Shown: one piece after another, positions 40,311-49,524 of the stretch | How the letters are laid out: every line of letters starts with the position of its first letter | How positions within the stretch are numbered: the first letter of the stretch is position 1 | Origin: Patescibacteria group bacterium | Lineage (GTDB): Bacteria; Patescibacteriota; Minisyncoccia; Phycocordibacterales; Phycocordibacteraceae | Direction: 5' to 3' | NCBI GenBank assembly: GCA_040384705.1 | Contig: JAZKIU010000001.1 | Span: forward strand, 153,907-217,906 | DNA length: 64,000 nucleotides | Notes under the pieces: model-generated | Database searches by the model: none | What the model saw: only the letters and a program-made list of their open reading frames with translations | Told to the model about the DNA's origin: nothing | Made by a program: the position numbers and the translations under genes

Positions 40311-41739
40311 GCTACTGAACGAGCTTTCCATAATCGAAGCGGGGAAGAAGCTCCGCGCCAAGGAGATAACAGTACGCGAGCTGTGGGATGCGGTGGCGGC
40401 TGAAGCGGCTGCACGCAATCCGGAATTGAATGCATACCTCGAGCTCTTCGAGGCGGACGAGGAAGCGATAGCGTATGCGCAGAAGCGTATCGATGAAGAA
40501 GGGGATGCGGCACCGCTCCTGTGCGGCATCCCGCTCGCGATGAAGGACAACATCCTCATCGAGGGGCATATCGCGAGCGCGGCCTCGAAGATGCTTGCGA
40601 ATCATACGGCGACGTACGATGCGACCGTAACCCGGAAGCTCAAAGAAGCCGGTGCTCTCTTCGTAGGACGCACGAATATGGACGAGTTCGCCATGGGAAG
40701 CTCCACCGAGCATTCCGCCTTCGGGAAGGTACTGAATCCGCACGATACCGCTCGCGTGCCGGGTGGCTCTTCGGGCGGTTCGTCCGCTGCAGCTGCAGCC
40801 AATATGGCCCTTGCCGCGCTCGGTACCGATACCGGTGGCTCCATCCGCCAGCCAGCAGCGCACTGCGGGCTCGTCGGCATGAAGCCGACCTATGGCGCGG
40901 TCTCCCGAAGCGGCCTCATCGCGCTTGGAAGTTCGCTCGACCAGGCGGGGCCGCTCGCGCGCACCGTCGCTGATGCGAAAGCACTGTACGAGACCATTCG
41001 TGGGAAGGACCCGCTCGACGCGACGAGCATCGGGGACGATACCTATCCAAAGAAGGAAGTAGGGGAGAAGCTCCGTATCGGCGTGCCGATGCATCTCCTT
41101 TCAGAAGGAGTCGATGCTGACGTCCGTGCGCATTTCGATGCGACGCTCGATGCGCTCAGGGCTGCAGGCCACGAAGTGACTGAGGTCTCGCTCCCGACGA
41201 GCTCGTCCGCGCTCCCGGTCTACTACGTCATCATGCCGGCCGAAGCATCGACCAATCTCGCGCGCTTCGATGGTATACGGTACGGGCACGCCGCGCGCGG
41301 GAAGGACCTACTCCAGGATTACATACAGGCGCGTACCGAAGGGTTCGGTGCCGAGACCAAGCGCCGCATCCTGCTCGGGACGTTCGTGCTCTCCTCGGGC
41401 TACATCGATGCCTACTACCGCAAGGCAGATGCCGCTCGCCTCGTGCTTACGAACGAATACAATGCGGCGTTCGCGGACGTGGATGTCATTGCGTTCCCGA
41501 CGACGCCCTCGCCCGCGTTCAAGTTCGGCGAGAAGAGCGATCCGGTCTCCATGTATGTCGAGGATATCTTCACCGTGACCGCGAACCTGACCGGCATGCC
41601 CGCTATCTCTGTACCGATGGGAACGGTCGTGCGCGATGGGAGTACGCTCCCGACCGGCATCCATTTCACCGCGCCTCACGGAGCGGATGACCTTCTGTTC
41701 AGGATAGGTGCCGCGGTCACCGGCGAGACGCTATACTAA
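40303..41739 (+). CDS. gatA: Glu-tRNA(Gln) amidotransferase subunit A
   Basis: Amidase signature GGSSGGSSAAAA, Ser-cisSer-Lys triad context. Confidence 0.9.
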   Translation: MSKLLNELSIIEAGKKLRAKEITVRELWDAVAAEAAARNPELNAYLELFEADEEAIAYAQKRIDEEGDAAPLLCGIPLAMKDNILIEGHIASAASKMLANHTATYDATVTRKLKEAGALFVGRTNMDEFAMGSSTEHSAFGKVLNPHDTARVPGGSSGGSSAAAAANMALAALGTDTGGSIRQPAAHCGLVGMKPTYGAVSRSGLIALGSSLDQAGPLARTVADAKALYETIRGKDPLDATSIGDDTYPKKEVGEKLRIGVPMHLLSEGVDADVRAHFDATLDALRAAGHEVTEVSLPTSSSALPVYYVIMPAEASTNLARFDGIRYGHAARGKDLLQDYIQARTEGFGAETKRRILLGTFVLSSGYIDAYYRKADAARLVLTNEYNAAFADVDVIAFPTTPSPAFKFGEKSDPVSMYVEDIFTVTANLTGMPAISVPMGTVVRDGSTLPTGIHFTAPHGADDLLFRIGAAVTGETLY

Positions 41740-41745
41740 GGACTA

Positions 41746-42342
41746 ATGGGAAGCGATTCCGATATCCATTTTCTCAACGTTTCTTACTTCTTCCGTCTTC
41801 TCTACGACCTTTTCACGGGGGGTCGTATCGGCGGAACTGGAGATGCCTGGGGCGACTTCGTCGCGTTCGCAGGCGCGCTGTGGGTGGTCGTGACCATCCT
41901 CTGCTTCTTTATATCGCTTGCAGCGCTCGCGGTGCTCATCCACTCCACTATCCGCATGCTCGAGACCAAGCGTCAGGAGGCACCGAAGTACGCGACGCAG
42001 CATCCTGCGGTCGTCGAGACCAGGCGTGACCATAATCGCTGGGCGCACGTCATGGAGCTTATCGAGAGCCCGCACGAGAACGATTGGCGGCAGGCCATAC
42101 TCGAGGCCGATATCATGCTCGATGACCTGCTTACGCAGCTGGGGTACCTCGGCACCTCGGTGGGGGAGAAGCTCAAGGCGGTTGATCCTGCGCACTTCAA
42201 GACCATTCGCGATGCCTGGGACGCGCATATGGTGCGTAACTCCATCGCGCACGAGGGGTCGGCGTACCAGCTGAACGACCATCTTGCATACCGGACGATA
42301 CACAAATACGAGGCGGTGATGCGCGAGCACGGCGAGATATAG
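41746..42342 (+). CDS. Hypothetical membrane protein with C-terminal HEPN-like Rx4H motif (VRNSIAHEG)
   Basis: N-terminal TM helix, soluble C-terminal helical domain containing R-x4-H. Confidence 0.45.
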   Translation: MGSDSDIHFLNVSYFFRLLYDLFTGGRIGGTGDAWGDFVAFAGALWVVVTILCFFISLAALAVLIHSTIRMLETKRQEAPKYATQHPAVVETRRDHNRWAHVMELIESPHENDWRQAILEADIMLDDLLTQLGYLGTSVGEKLKAVDPAHFKTIRDAWDAHMVRNSIAHEGSAYQLNDHLAYRTIHKYEAVMREHGEI

Positions 42343-42379
42343 TTGCGGCGAGGGTTTTTGTGGCGTATAACATAGATAT

Positions 42380-42450
42380 AGCGGGGTAGAGGAGAGGTAC
42401 CTCGGGAGGCTCATAACCTCCAGACGCCGGTTCGATTCCGGCCCCCGCAA
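42380..42450 (+). tRNA. tRNA-Met (anticodon CAT), initiator-like features
   Basis: Anticodon loop CTCATAA; A11:U24 in D-stem and unpaired A1/A72; T-arm GCCGG-TTCGATT-CCGGC. Confidence 0.6.
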
Positions 42451-42458
42451 CAAGCAAG

Positions 42459-42488
42459 GCAGAAAACCGCCCGAGGGCGGTTTTCTGC
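42459..42488. terminator. Bidirectional terminator GCAGAAAACCGCCC-GAG-GGCGGTTTTCTGC
   Basis: Perfect 14-bp stem between tRNA and convergent hemerythrin gene. Confidence 0.7.
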
Positions 42489-42949
42489 TATACCATCATC
42501 TCGCTTCCTGATTCCTTAAACTCCATCATCGCATCGCCCATGGCGGCAAGCTCCTCTTCAGGCAGCTCTTTCTCCGCCTTCGGAAGTAGTTCGCTTTCCT
42601 CCTCTTCGACGTGGTGCCGTATCTGCTCCATGAGCACCTTCACGTTGGCATCGAACTCCGGTTGCTCGGGGTCGAGCGTCTTCAGTTCCTCGAGGATGTT
42701 CTTCGCGCCCTGATGCTCGACGTATGCTTCCTCGACCATCTTGTCGTCCTCCTTATTGAACGCTTCCTGGAAGGCAGGGTAGCAGAGGGTCTCTTCCATC
42801 TCTGCGTGGAGGGTGAGCTCCTCGATTATCTGATCGACGAGCGTGCGCTTCGTGGCGACTGCGCCATCACCGAGGCCTTCGTACTCCTGGAAGAGCTCCT
42901 CTACGGTCGCATGGTCCGCTTTTATTATCTCTATGGGATTATTCGTCAT
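42488..42949 (-). CDS. Hemerythrin HHE cation-binding domain protein
   Basis: H..E / HH..EE spacing (ADHATVEELF, LHAEMEE, YVEHQGAK, RHHVEEEE). Confidence 0.7.
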   Translation of the reverse strand: MTNNPIEIIKADHATVEELFQEYEGLGDGAVATKRTLVDQIIEELTLHAEMEETLCYPAFQEAFNKEDDKMVEEAYVEHQGAKNILEELKTLDPEQPEFDANVKVLMEQIRHHVEEEESELLPKAEKELPEEELAAMGDAMMEFKESGSEMMV

Positions 42950-43010
42950 GGCATCGGTTCTTATGGATGCGGGTAAGACCCCACCGTATAGGCGGCGGGG
43001 TGAATGGAGC

Positions 43011-44036
43011 ATGAACTACAGCGATGCGGACACACTCTTTCCCGTTGCGGTACAATATTTCGGTCATATGTCCCTCGTATCCCACCTCCTCGTATTCGTG
43101 CTCTCGATAGGCGTCGTCTGGTTCTTCGCCGGCATACTTATCGACTCGGTGAGCAATATAGCCAAACGGCTCAATCGCAGCGGCTTCGGCACCGCGTTCT
43201 TCGTACTGGGCTTCCTCACCTCCATCAGCGAGATATCGGTCGCGACCAACGCCGGTCTTGCGGGCGTGCCAGGCGTGTCCGCTGGCAATCTCGTTGGCGC
43301 CTCGTTCGTCATACTCCTCTTCATCGTCCCGTTCCTCGCGGTCGCAGGGAAAGGTATCTCGCTCAAAGGGCTCGTATCGAAGGAGACGCTTGCGTTCGCG
43401 CTCATGGTCATTCTCCTGCCTGCGCTCCTGCTCGCGGACGGAAGGGTAACGATGCTTGAGGGCGGGTTCGCGGTCCTTGCATACCTCGCGCTTGCGTATG
43501 CGATTCGGTTCCGTCCGGAAGCGTCCCAGTCCGAGATGCTCGTACCGGCGAGCGTGGGAGGGAAGCGCGCGCTATTCATCGATATCGGAAAGATACTCGT
43601 AGGAGCTATCGCGATATTCGGGGCCGCGCACTTCCTCGTCGAGCAGTCAGTGCTCTTCGCGAGCTACCTGAACGTGCCCGCTTCGCTCATCGGGCTCATC
43701 CTGCTCTCGGTGGGTACGAATATCCCCGAGATAGTCATCGCGGTGCGCGCCGTGCTCGAGAAGCGGAAAGACATCGCCTTCGGGGATTACCTTGGGTCGG
43801 CCGCAGCCAACGTACCTATCTTCGGCATGCTCGCGCTCCTATCGGGCGGGTTCGTCGTCGAGGCGAGCGAGTTCGTCGCGTCCGCGCTCCTCATGTTCGT
43901 CGGGTTCGTCTTCTTCTACTTCTTCGCTCGCTCCCATTCCGTCCTCTCGCGCAAGGAAGGGATTATCCTCCTCCTCTTCTATGCCGGCTTCCTCGCTATC
44001 CAGTTCGTGAACCTTGCCCGCTTCGTCGCCGATTAG
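43011..44036 (+). CDS. CaCA family sodium/calcium exchanger (YrbG-like)
   Basis: Two alpha-repeat motifs (GNLVGASF; GTNIPEIVIAV), ~10 TM. Confidence 0.75.
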   Translation: MNYSDADTLFPVAVQYFGHMSLVSHLLVFVLSIGVVWFFAGILIDSVSNIAKRLNRSGFGTAFFVLGFLTSISEISVATNAGLAGVPGVSAGNLVGASFVILLFIVPFLAVAGKGISLKGLVSKETLAFALMVILLPALLLADGRVTMLEGGFAVLAYLALAYAIRFRPEASQSEMLVPASVGGKRALFIDIGKILVGAIAIFGAAHFLVEQSVLFASYLNVPASLIGLILLSVGTNIPEIVIAVRAVLEKRKDIAFGDYLGSAAANVPIFGMLALLSGGFVVEASEFVASALLMFVGFVFFYFFARSHSVLSRKEGIILLLFYAGFLAIQFVNLARFVAD

Positions 44037-45194
44037 GGCGGGTAGGTATACGTGGACCGTGGTCCCGGCACCGAGCTCGCTCTCGATATCCATATGCCCA
44101 TGGTGCTTCTCTACGATGCGTTTGGTTATGGATAGGCCGAGCCCGCTCCCAAGTACCGTGAGCGGCACGTTCTTCCCACGATAGAAGCGGTCGAACACCC
44201 GGGAGAGCTCCGTAGGCGCTATACCTATCCCTGAATCACGAACAATGAGGTGTATTCCATCCGTGCTTTGGGTAAGGGTAATCTCGACACGTCTGTCCGC
44301 GCCCTCTCGCATGTACTTGAGCGAGTTATTCGCGATGTTAAGGACGGCTTGCCGTAGGTGTTTCTCATCACCGTATACCTCGACTCCTGGTGGTATGTCG
44401 CTCTCGATGTGTACGCCTTCCGATGCGCTGATGATACGAAGTTCCTCGATTATGTCGCTCAGGAGCACCGATATATCGAACAGGGCATGCGCTCTTGGTT
44501 TCTCGCCGTCGAGCCGCGCGAGAGCGAGAAGATCATGGATGAAGCCCGATAGCTCGTTAAGGGCGAGCTCGAGCGCTTCCGCTTCCTGGTGCTGTGACTT
44601 CAGCTGCTCGAGCTTCGCGCGGAAGACGGTGAGCGGGGTCTGGAGGTTATGCGAGAGGTCGATTATCATCCTTCGCTCATGCGCCTGCGCCCGGCGCAGC
44701 TCCTGCGTACGCTTGGCGACGATATGCTCGAGCTCATTCGCATGCTCCTTCGTCTTCGTATAGAGGTGGGCGCGATGGAAGGCGGTGGCAGCCTGGTACG
44801 CGAATGTCTTCAGGAGCTTGAGGTCGTTCTCGCTGTACGGCTTCCCGGACAGCCGCTTCTCGAACGATATGGTGCCGATGGTGTGCGTACCGATGGCGAT
44901 AGGTATCGCCACGATGTGCTCGGTGGCGAGCGCATCGAAGTCAGGGGTATCGATGCCACGCTCTTCCGAGAAGCGGATAGTGACCGATTCGGCCTTGAGT
45001 ATCTTGGCGAGGCTCTTCTCCGACTCGCGCACGAGGTCGGTGAGCTCTAGGTTCGTATAGAGTATCTCGCTGAGCGAATGCAAGGCCTCGGCGTGGTCAT
45101 AGCCATCGTTCTGGACGATGGAATGCAGGCTCGTCCACCAGGAACGAACGAGAGCATGGATACCGAGTGCGATCGGCCTTTCAGGTGACTCCAT
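43839..45194 (-). CDS. Sensor histidine kinase (GAF-like N-terminus, HisKA + HATPase_c); true 3' end uncertain
   Basis: H-box HERRMIIDLSHNLQTPLT, N/G1/G2 boxes; ORF runs 198 nt antisense into the antiporter gene giving an acidic tail. Confidence 0.7.
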   Translation of the reverse strand: MESPERPIALGIHALVRSWWTSLHSIVQNDGYDHAEALHSLSEILYTNLELTDLVRESEKSLAKILKAESVTIRFSEERGIDTPDFDALATEHIVAIPIAIGTHTIGTISFEKRLSGKPYSENDLKLLKTFAYQAATAFHRAHLYTKTKEHANELEHIVAKRTQELRRAQAHERRMIIDLSHNLQTPLTVFRAKLEQLKSQHQEAEALELALNELSGFIHDLLALARLDGEKPRAHALFDISVLLSDIIEELRIISASEGVHIESDIPPGVEVYGDEKHLRQAVLNIANNSLKYMREGADRRVEITLTQSTDGIHLIVRDSGIGIAPTELSRVFDRFYRGKNVPLTVLGSGLGLSITKRIVEKHHGHMDIESELGAGTTVHVYLPALIGDEAGKVHELDSEEAGIEEEEDNPFLAREDGMGASEEVEEDEPDEHEERGRDELARLDDEPAR

Positions 45195-45288
45195 CAGCTG
45201 ATTCCTTAACTAATCACGCAGTAGTTCATTGGTTACTATGATACGAAAGCGAAGATAAAATTTTCCTGGAGAAAAGATAAAGGAATCT

Positions 45289-45957
45289 TTAGGTGCCCAT
45301 GCGATATCCTCGTCCCGAGACCGTCTGGATAAGGCTATCCCTACCTCGGTCGCCCATCTTCCTTCGAAGCGAGAGGATATGGGATTCGATGGTATTGGAG
45401 AAGATATCGACCTCCATGTCCCATACATGCTCGAGTATCATGCCGCGGGACAGCACGATGCCGGCGTTCTTCATGAGATAGCGCAGGAGCATATACTCTT
45501 TGCGGGTTAGATGGACGGCGTTCTCGCCTTTGTGCACAAGACCGGACCGGGTATCAAGCACGATGTCCTCTATCTGGAGCACATCGCCCTCGAGCGCTTG
45601 CGGACGGCGAAGCAGCGCTCGGACGCGGGCCATAAGCTCCTCGAGCGCGAAGGGCTTTGCGAGATAGTCGTCAGCGCCCGCATCGAGCAGGTCCACCTTG
45701 TCGAGCGTATGGCTCCGGACCGATACGATGAGTATGGGCATGGTTCGGCCTGCGGCACGGACCTCCCGGCACACCTGCGCGCCCTCTTTCTTAGGAAGCA
45801 TATTGTCGAGGACTATGAGGTCGTAGTCGTTCGTGCGGGCGTAGTAGGAACCGCGCTCGCCATCGCTCGCTACATCAACGGCGAAATATTGCGCCTCGAA
45901 GGATTCCTTGAGGAGTTCCGCTATCTGCTGCTCATCTTCGACGACAAGAACTCTCAT
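45289..45957 (-). CDS. OmpR/PhoB-family response regulator
   Basis: Receiver (VLVVEDE...LDNMLP...K) + winged-helix output (RGYRM); upstream of the HK on the same strand. Confidence 0.85.
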   Translation of the reverse strand: MRVLVVEDEQQIAELLKESFEAQYFAVDVASDGERGSYYARTNDYDLIVLDNMLPKKEGAQVCREVRAAGRTMPILIVSVRSHTLDKVDLLDAGADDYLAKPFALEELMARVRALLRRPQALEGDVLQIEDIVLDTRSGLVHKGENAVHLTRKEYMLLRYLMKNAGIVLSRGMILEHVWDMEVDIFSNTIESHILSLRRKMGDRGRDSLIQTVSGRGYRMGT

Positions 45958-46086
45958 GAGGCTAGTTGAGTGGATTGTAGCGCGCTCGTTTACGCGAAAG
46001 GGAAGTACGGGCCTGGAAGTGGGCATAACGGAACAATCCTCGGTAGATTGAAGGGAAGGGCGTAAGAGTGTAATGTGCTTCATATT

Positions 46087-46160
46087 GCTGGTGTAGCTCA
46101 GGTAGTTAGAGCATAGGACTCATAAACCTAAGGTCGGAGGTGCAAGTCCTCCCACCAGCA
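46087..46160 (+). tRNA. tRNA-Met (anticodon CAT), elongator-type (could alternatively be Ile2-CAU)
   Basis: Acceptor GCTGGTG/CACCAGC, anticodon loop CTCATAA, unusual T-loop TGCAAGT. Confidence 0.6.
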
Positions 46161-46351
46161 CAATTCTTCAGGAAATTCTTATTCTCTCTCGAGGAATATT
46201 TGGAGTCATTTCTGGCATCCTTGGGCCCATAAGATAGCCTTGCGCTGTATGGGTTTATGTATAATACTGCTCAAGTCCCCGATTTATGCCTGCCGCGTAA
46301 GCGGCAGAAATTGGAACAAGCGATCCAGGTCCTCGGACTTGAGAAGCAAAT

Positions 46352-46425
46352 GCGGCTGTAGCTCAGCTGGTTAGAGCGATCGCCTGTCACGCGATAGGTC
46401 GCCGGTTCGAGTCCGGTCAGCCGCG
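46352..46425 (+). tRNA. tRNA-Asp (anticodon GTC)
   Basis: Acceptor GCGGCTG/CAGCCGC, anticodon loop CTGTCAC, discriminator G; terminator hairpin 46434-46460 follows. Confidence 0.8.
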
Positions 46426-46485
46426 CATTCCATAAAACCACCCATCCGGGTGGTTTTATGTTTTGTAGAAGATATACTTGGGATA

Positions 46486-49400
46486 ATGAAATTGCACCTT
46501 TCGATTCTATTCGCGCTCACGCTTTTCTGCACGCCTATGGTGCATGCAGAGTTTTCCTCAACATCTATTACAGATGACATTCTTATACCTGATGCGGTGT
46601 TCTCGATAATCGGTACGGATACGCGACTATTCTTGGGTGGAGATTTCGAACGAATATTCACGCCGGAGTATCCAGCAACCATCACTGAAGGTCTTCTGCT
46701 ATCGGCCACGACGAGTCTACCGGTACCGGATAACGCATCTGTCGGCGGAGAACCGGGATCTTACATTCGTGCGGCAGTGTATGACGGGGAAGGCGGGTAT
46801 TACATCGGAGGTGACCTAGATGAGGTCGGCGGCCTCGCCCGCACCGGAGTGGCCCATATCCTACCGGACGGTTCCGTGGATCCTGATTTCGCACCCACGA
46901 GTGACGGGGATATTTACAGCCTTGCGTTATCGCCGGACGGCTCTGTGCTCTATGTAGGAGGTTCTTTTACGACCATGGCAGGAACCTCGCAAGTGGCGCT
47001 CGCTGCTGTAGACGTAGACGATGGTACGATCGTGGCTGCGTTCGACCCGTTGATAGAGGGAGGATCACCTCCATCTGTCACATCGATTGCGATTTCTCCG
47101 GACGGTACGGTGCTCTATGCAGGCGGCCCATTCAATTCGGTGAACGCCACATCATATCCGAACGGATTCGCGGCTGTCTCGACGAGCAACGGCTCGCTTG
47201 CCGCTCCACTCGATACCAGTGATTTGTTGAGCAGTCCCGGTTCAATACTCGCTTCCCCAGATGACGAGTTTCTCTATCTTACGGGCATCTTTACGTTCGG
47301 AGGGCGCCTAGGAAAGATGGATACGACGACCGGCTCCTCAACGGAATATAGCGTGCCAGCAGGATTCTTCGACGATGGCATAGGAGCCGCAGGCTTATCC
47401 CAAGACGGGTCCATCCTCTATGTCAGTAATTACATCAACACGGGTCCGCGAATTCAGGTACTTGCGTTAGCTACATCCGATGGCACATCGCATATCCTCG
47501 CAGCTGAGGCGAATCACATCATAAGGAGCATCACGACTTCTGCAGACGGAGATACGGTCTACATAGGAGGAATATTCTCATCAGTAGATGGTGAGGTCCG
47601 TCGTGGTATCGCGGCACTCGACGCGTCCACAGGAGAATTGGAGCAATTCGATGCGGGTCTGTATAGGGGGAGCGATGTATACGCCATCGCAGCCTCGGCG
47701 GACAGCGATCACTTGTATGTAGGTGGCAGCCTCCCGACACTCGGCGGGATTGCTCGCGGCAAGATGGCCGCGTTCGATATCGGCGATCTTGATATCGACG
47801 CCTCGTTCACTCCTGAGGTAGACGACACGATAAGTGCCGGGGTGCTTTCGTCCGACGGCACGACGCTCTACATCGGAGGGTATTTCACTTCGGTCGACGG
47901 TACGCCGCGCGCCGGGCTCGCTGCCATCGATACGAGCGACGGTTCGCTTATATCCGCGTTCGATTCGAGCATCGATGATGGGGAGGAAGTGCTCAATCTC
48001 GCGCTCTCGCCCGACGATTCCGTTCTGTATGTCGCAGGAAAGTTCACGTCGGTAGGCGGTAGCGACCGCAACCGTATCGCGGCGCTCGATACGAGCGACG
48101 GCAGTCTCATCAGCGCCTTCGATCCCGATGCGAACGGAACGGTCGCTACGCTCGCACTCTCCAGTGATGGGAATACGTTGTATCTCGGAGGTGATTTCAC
48201 CACCATAGGTGCAACGACACGCAATCGCCTCGCTGCAGTGAATACGAGCAACGGGGCACTTGTCTCAGGCTTCAACCCGAACGTTACCCACCCGAGTGGC
48301 GGGGGAGGAGGAGGGAACGCTGGCGTGCGCGCTCTGGCGCTTTCGTCCGATGGTTCCAAACTGTATGTGGGCGGAGGATTCACTAAGATAGGAGGGGTAA
48401 CGCGCAATCGTCTCGGTCTCGTGAGCACGAGCGACGGGGCGCTCGATGCGACATTCAATCCGAATGCCGACAGTCTCGTGCGCGAGATGGTCCTTTCGCC
48501 CGATGGAAGCAGTCTTTATGCGACCGGACAGTTCACGGAGATAGGAGGGGAATCCATCATGGGGCTCGCTTCGCTCGATGCGGTGACGGGAGTGGCAGAC
48601 GGCGACTTCTCGCAGGACCTTATCAATGCAGGTGTGGCCATAGCGATAACCCCGGACGCAACGAAGCTTTTCGTAAGCAACGGGTACAATGCGGCGACCT
48701 TCGATAACTACTTCATCGGGTTCGCCGATGGCGATGTAACCCCTGACCCGGATACCGCACCGACCGTAGCGAGCGCCGCCGCTTCCGGGCTCACGACTAC
48801 CGGCGCGACTCTGAACGGCTCCATAAGCGCGACGGGAGGCGACAATGCGACGACTCGCGGATTCGTGCATGGGACTACGATCAGCTATGGCGCCACTACG
48901 ACCGAATCTGGCTCGTTCTCGACCGGTTCCTACTCAAGCGCGCTCTCATCCCTTACGTGCGCCACCGAGTACCATTTCAAAGCCTATGCAACGAATGGGG
49001 TGGGTACGGGCTACGGAAGCGACCTGACCTTCAACACGAGCGCGTGCGACGTTCCGGAAGATGATGAGGACGAGGATAGCGGAGGTGGGGGAGGAGGCGG
49101 TTCTTCACATCGTCCATCTCCTTCCGCTTCTGCTCCTCCTTCTGGGACGTCTGCGGCAGTCACTGAGTCGGTTAGGAAACTTATCGAGGATAACCGATCG
49201 CTCCTCTTGGAAGCGCTCAAGGCAGGTATCCAGCTCCCTCCAGCTCTCCTGGCGCTACTCGGGGGTAGTGTGCCCCAAGCGCCATCTCCCGTTCGTGATC
49301 TCGAGCTCGGCTCACAGGGTGAGGACGTACGAGCACTCCAAAAGTATCTCAACACGCACGGTTTCCCTGTCGCCGGGACTGGCGCAGGCTCATCAGGCAA

Positions 49401-49521
49401 TGAGACAACATACTTCGGGAACGCGACCCGCGCAGCGCTCATCCTTTTCCAGAAAGCGAAGGGCATTACTCCTGCCGTGGGCTACTTCGGGCCGAAGACC
49501 AGGAGCGTTATCGCATTCTAA
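46486..49521 (+). CDS. Large secreted cell-surface protein: signal peptide, ~12 tandem ~55-aa beta-propeller-like repeats (SPDGSxLYVGGxFTxxGGxxRNRLAAxDTSDGSLxSAFDP), Ig/Fn3-like domain, Gly/Ser/acidic linker, C-terminal peptidoglycan-binding domain
   Basis: N-terminal MKLHLSILFALTLFCTPMVHA signal; periodic repeats visible in translation; C-terminal PG_binding_1-like DVRALQKYLNTHGF...GNATRAALILFQKAKGITP. Confidence 0.8.
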   Translation: MKLHLSILFALTLFCTPMVHAEFSSTSITDDILIPDAVFSIIGTDTRLFLGGDFERIFTPEYPATITEGLLLSATTSLPVPDNASVGGEPGSYIRAAVYDGEGGYYIGGDLDEVGGLARTGVAHILPDGSVDPDFAPTSDGDIYSLALSPDGSVLYVGGSFTTMAGTSQVALAAVDVDDGTIVAAFDPLIEGGSPPSVTSIAISPDGTVLYAGGPFNSVNATSYPNGFAAVSTSNGSLAAPLDTSDLLSSPGSILASPDDEFLYLTGIFTFGGRLGKMDTTTGSSTEYSVPAGFFDDGIGAAGLSQDGSILYVSNYINTGPRIQVLALATSDGTSHILAAEANHIIRSITTSADGDTVYIGGIFSSVDGEVRRGIAALDASTGELEQFDAGLYRGSDVYAIAASADSDHLYVGGSLPTLGGIARGKMAAFDIGDLDIDASFTPEVDDTISAGVLSSDGTTLYIGGYFTSVDGTPRAGLAAIDTSDGSLISAFDSSIDDGEEVLNLALSPDDSVLYVAGKFTSVGGSDRNRIAALDTSDGSLISAFDPDANGTVATLALSSDGNTLYLGGDFTTIGATTRNRLAAVNTSNGALVSGFNPNVTHPSGGGGGGNAGVRALALSSDGSKLYVGGGFTKIGGVTRNRLGLVSTSDGALDATFNPNADSLVREMVLSPDGSSLYATGQFTEIGGESIMGLASLDAVTGVADGDFSQDLINAGVAIAITPDATKLFVSNGYNAATFDNYFIGFADGDVTPDPDTAPTVASAAASGLTTTGATLNGSISATGGDNATTRGFVHGTTISYGATTTESGSFSTGSYSSALSSLTCATEYHFKAYATNGVGTGYGSDLTFNTSACDVPEDDEDEDSGGGGGGGSSHRPSPSASAPPSGTSAAVTESVRKLIEDNRSLLLEALKAGIQLPPALLALLGGSVPQAPSPVRDLELGSQGEDVRALQKYLNTHGFPVAGTGAGSSGNETTYFGNATRAALILFQKAKGITPAVGYFGPKTRSVIAF

Positions 49522-49524
49522 GTG

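Noticed and set aside
43839-44037. Acidic 65-aa C-terminal tail of the histidine kinase as a functional domain
   Set aside because: Sequence is the mirror image of antiporter TM codons, so it is likely read-through or a missing stop rather than a real domain.
46161-46351. 190-nt spacer between tRNA-Met and tRNA-Asp as a possible ncRNA
   Set aside because: AT-rich with only one short hairpin (CTGCCGC-GTAA-GCGGCAG). More likely promoter/processing spacer of a tRNA operon, and no conserved motif recognised.
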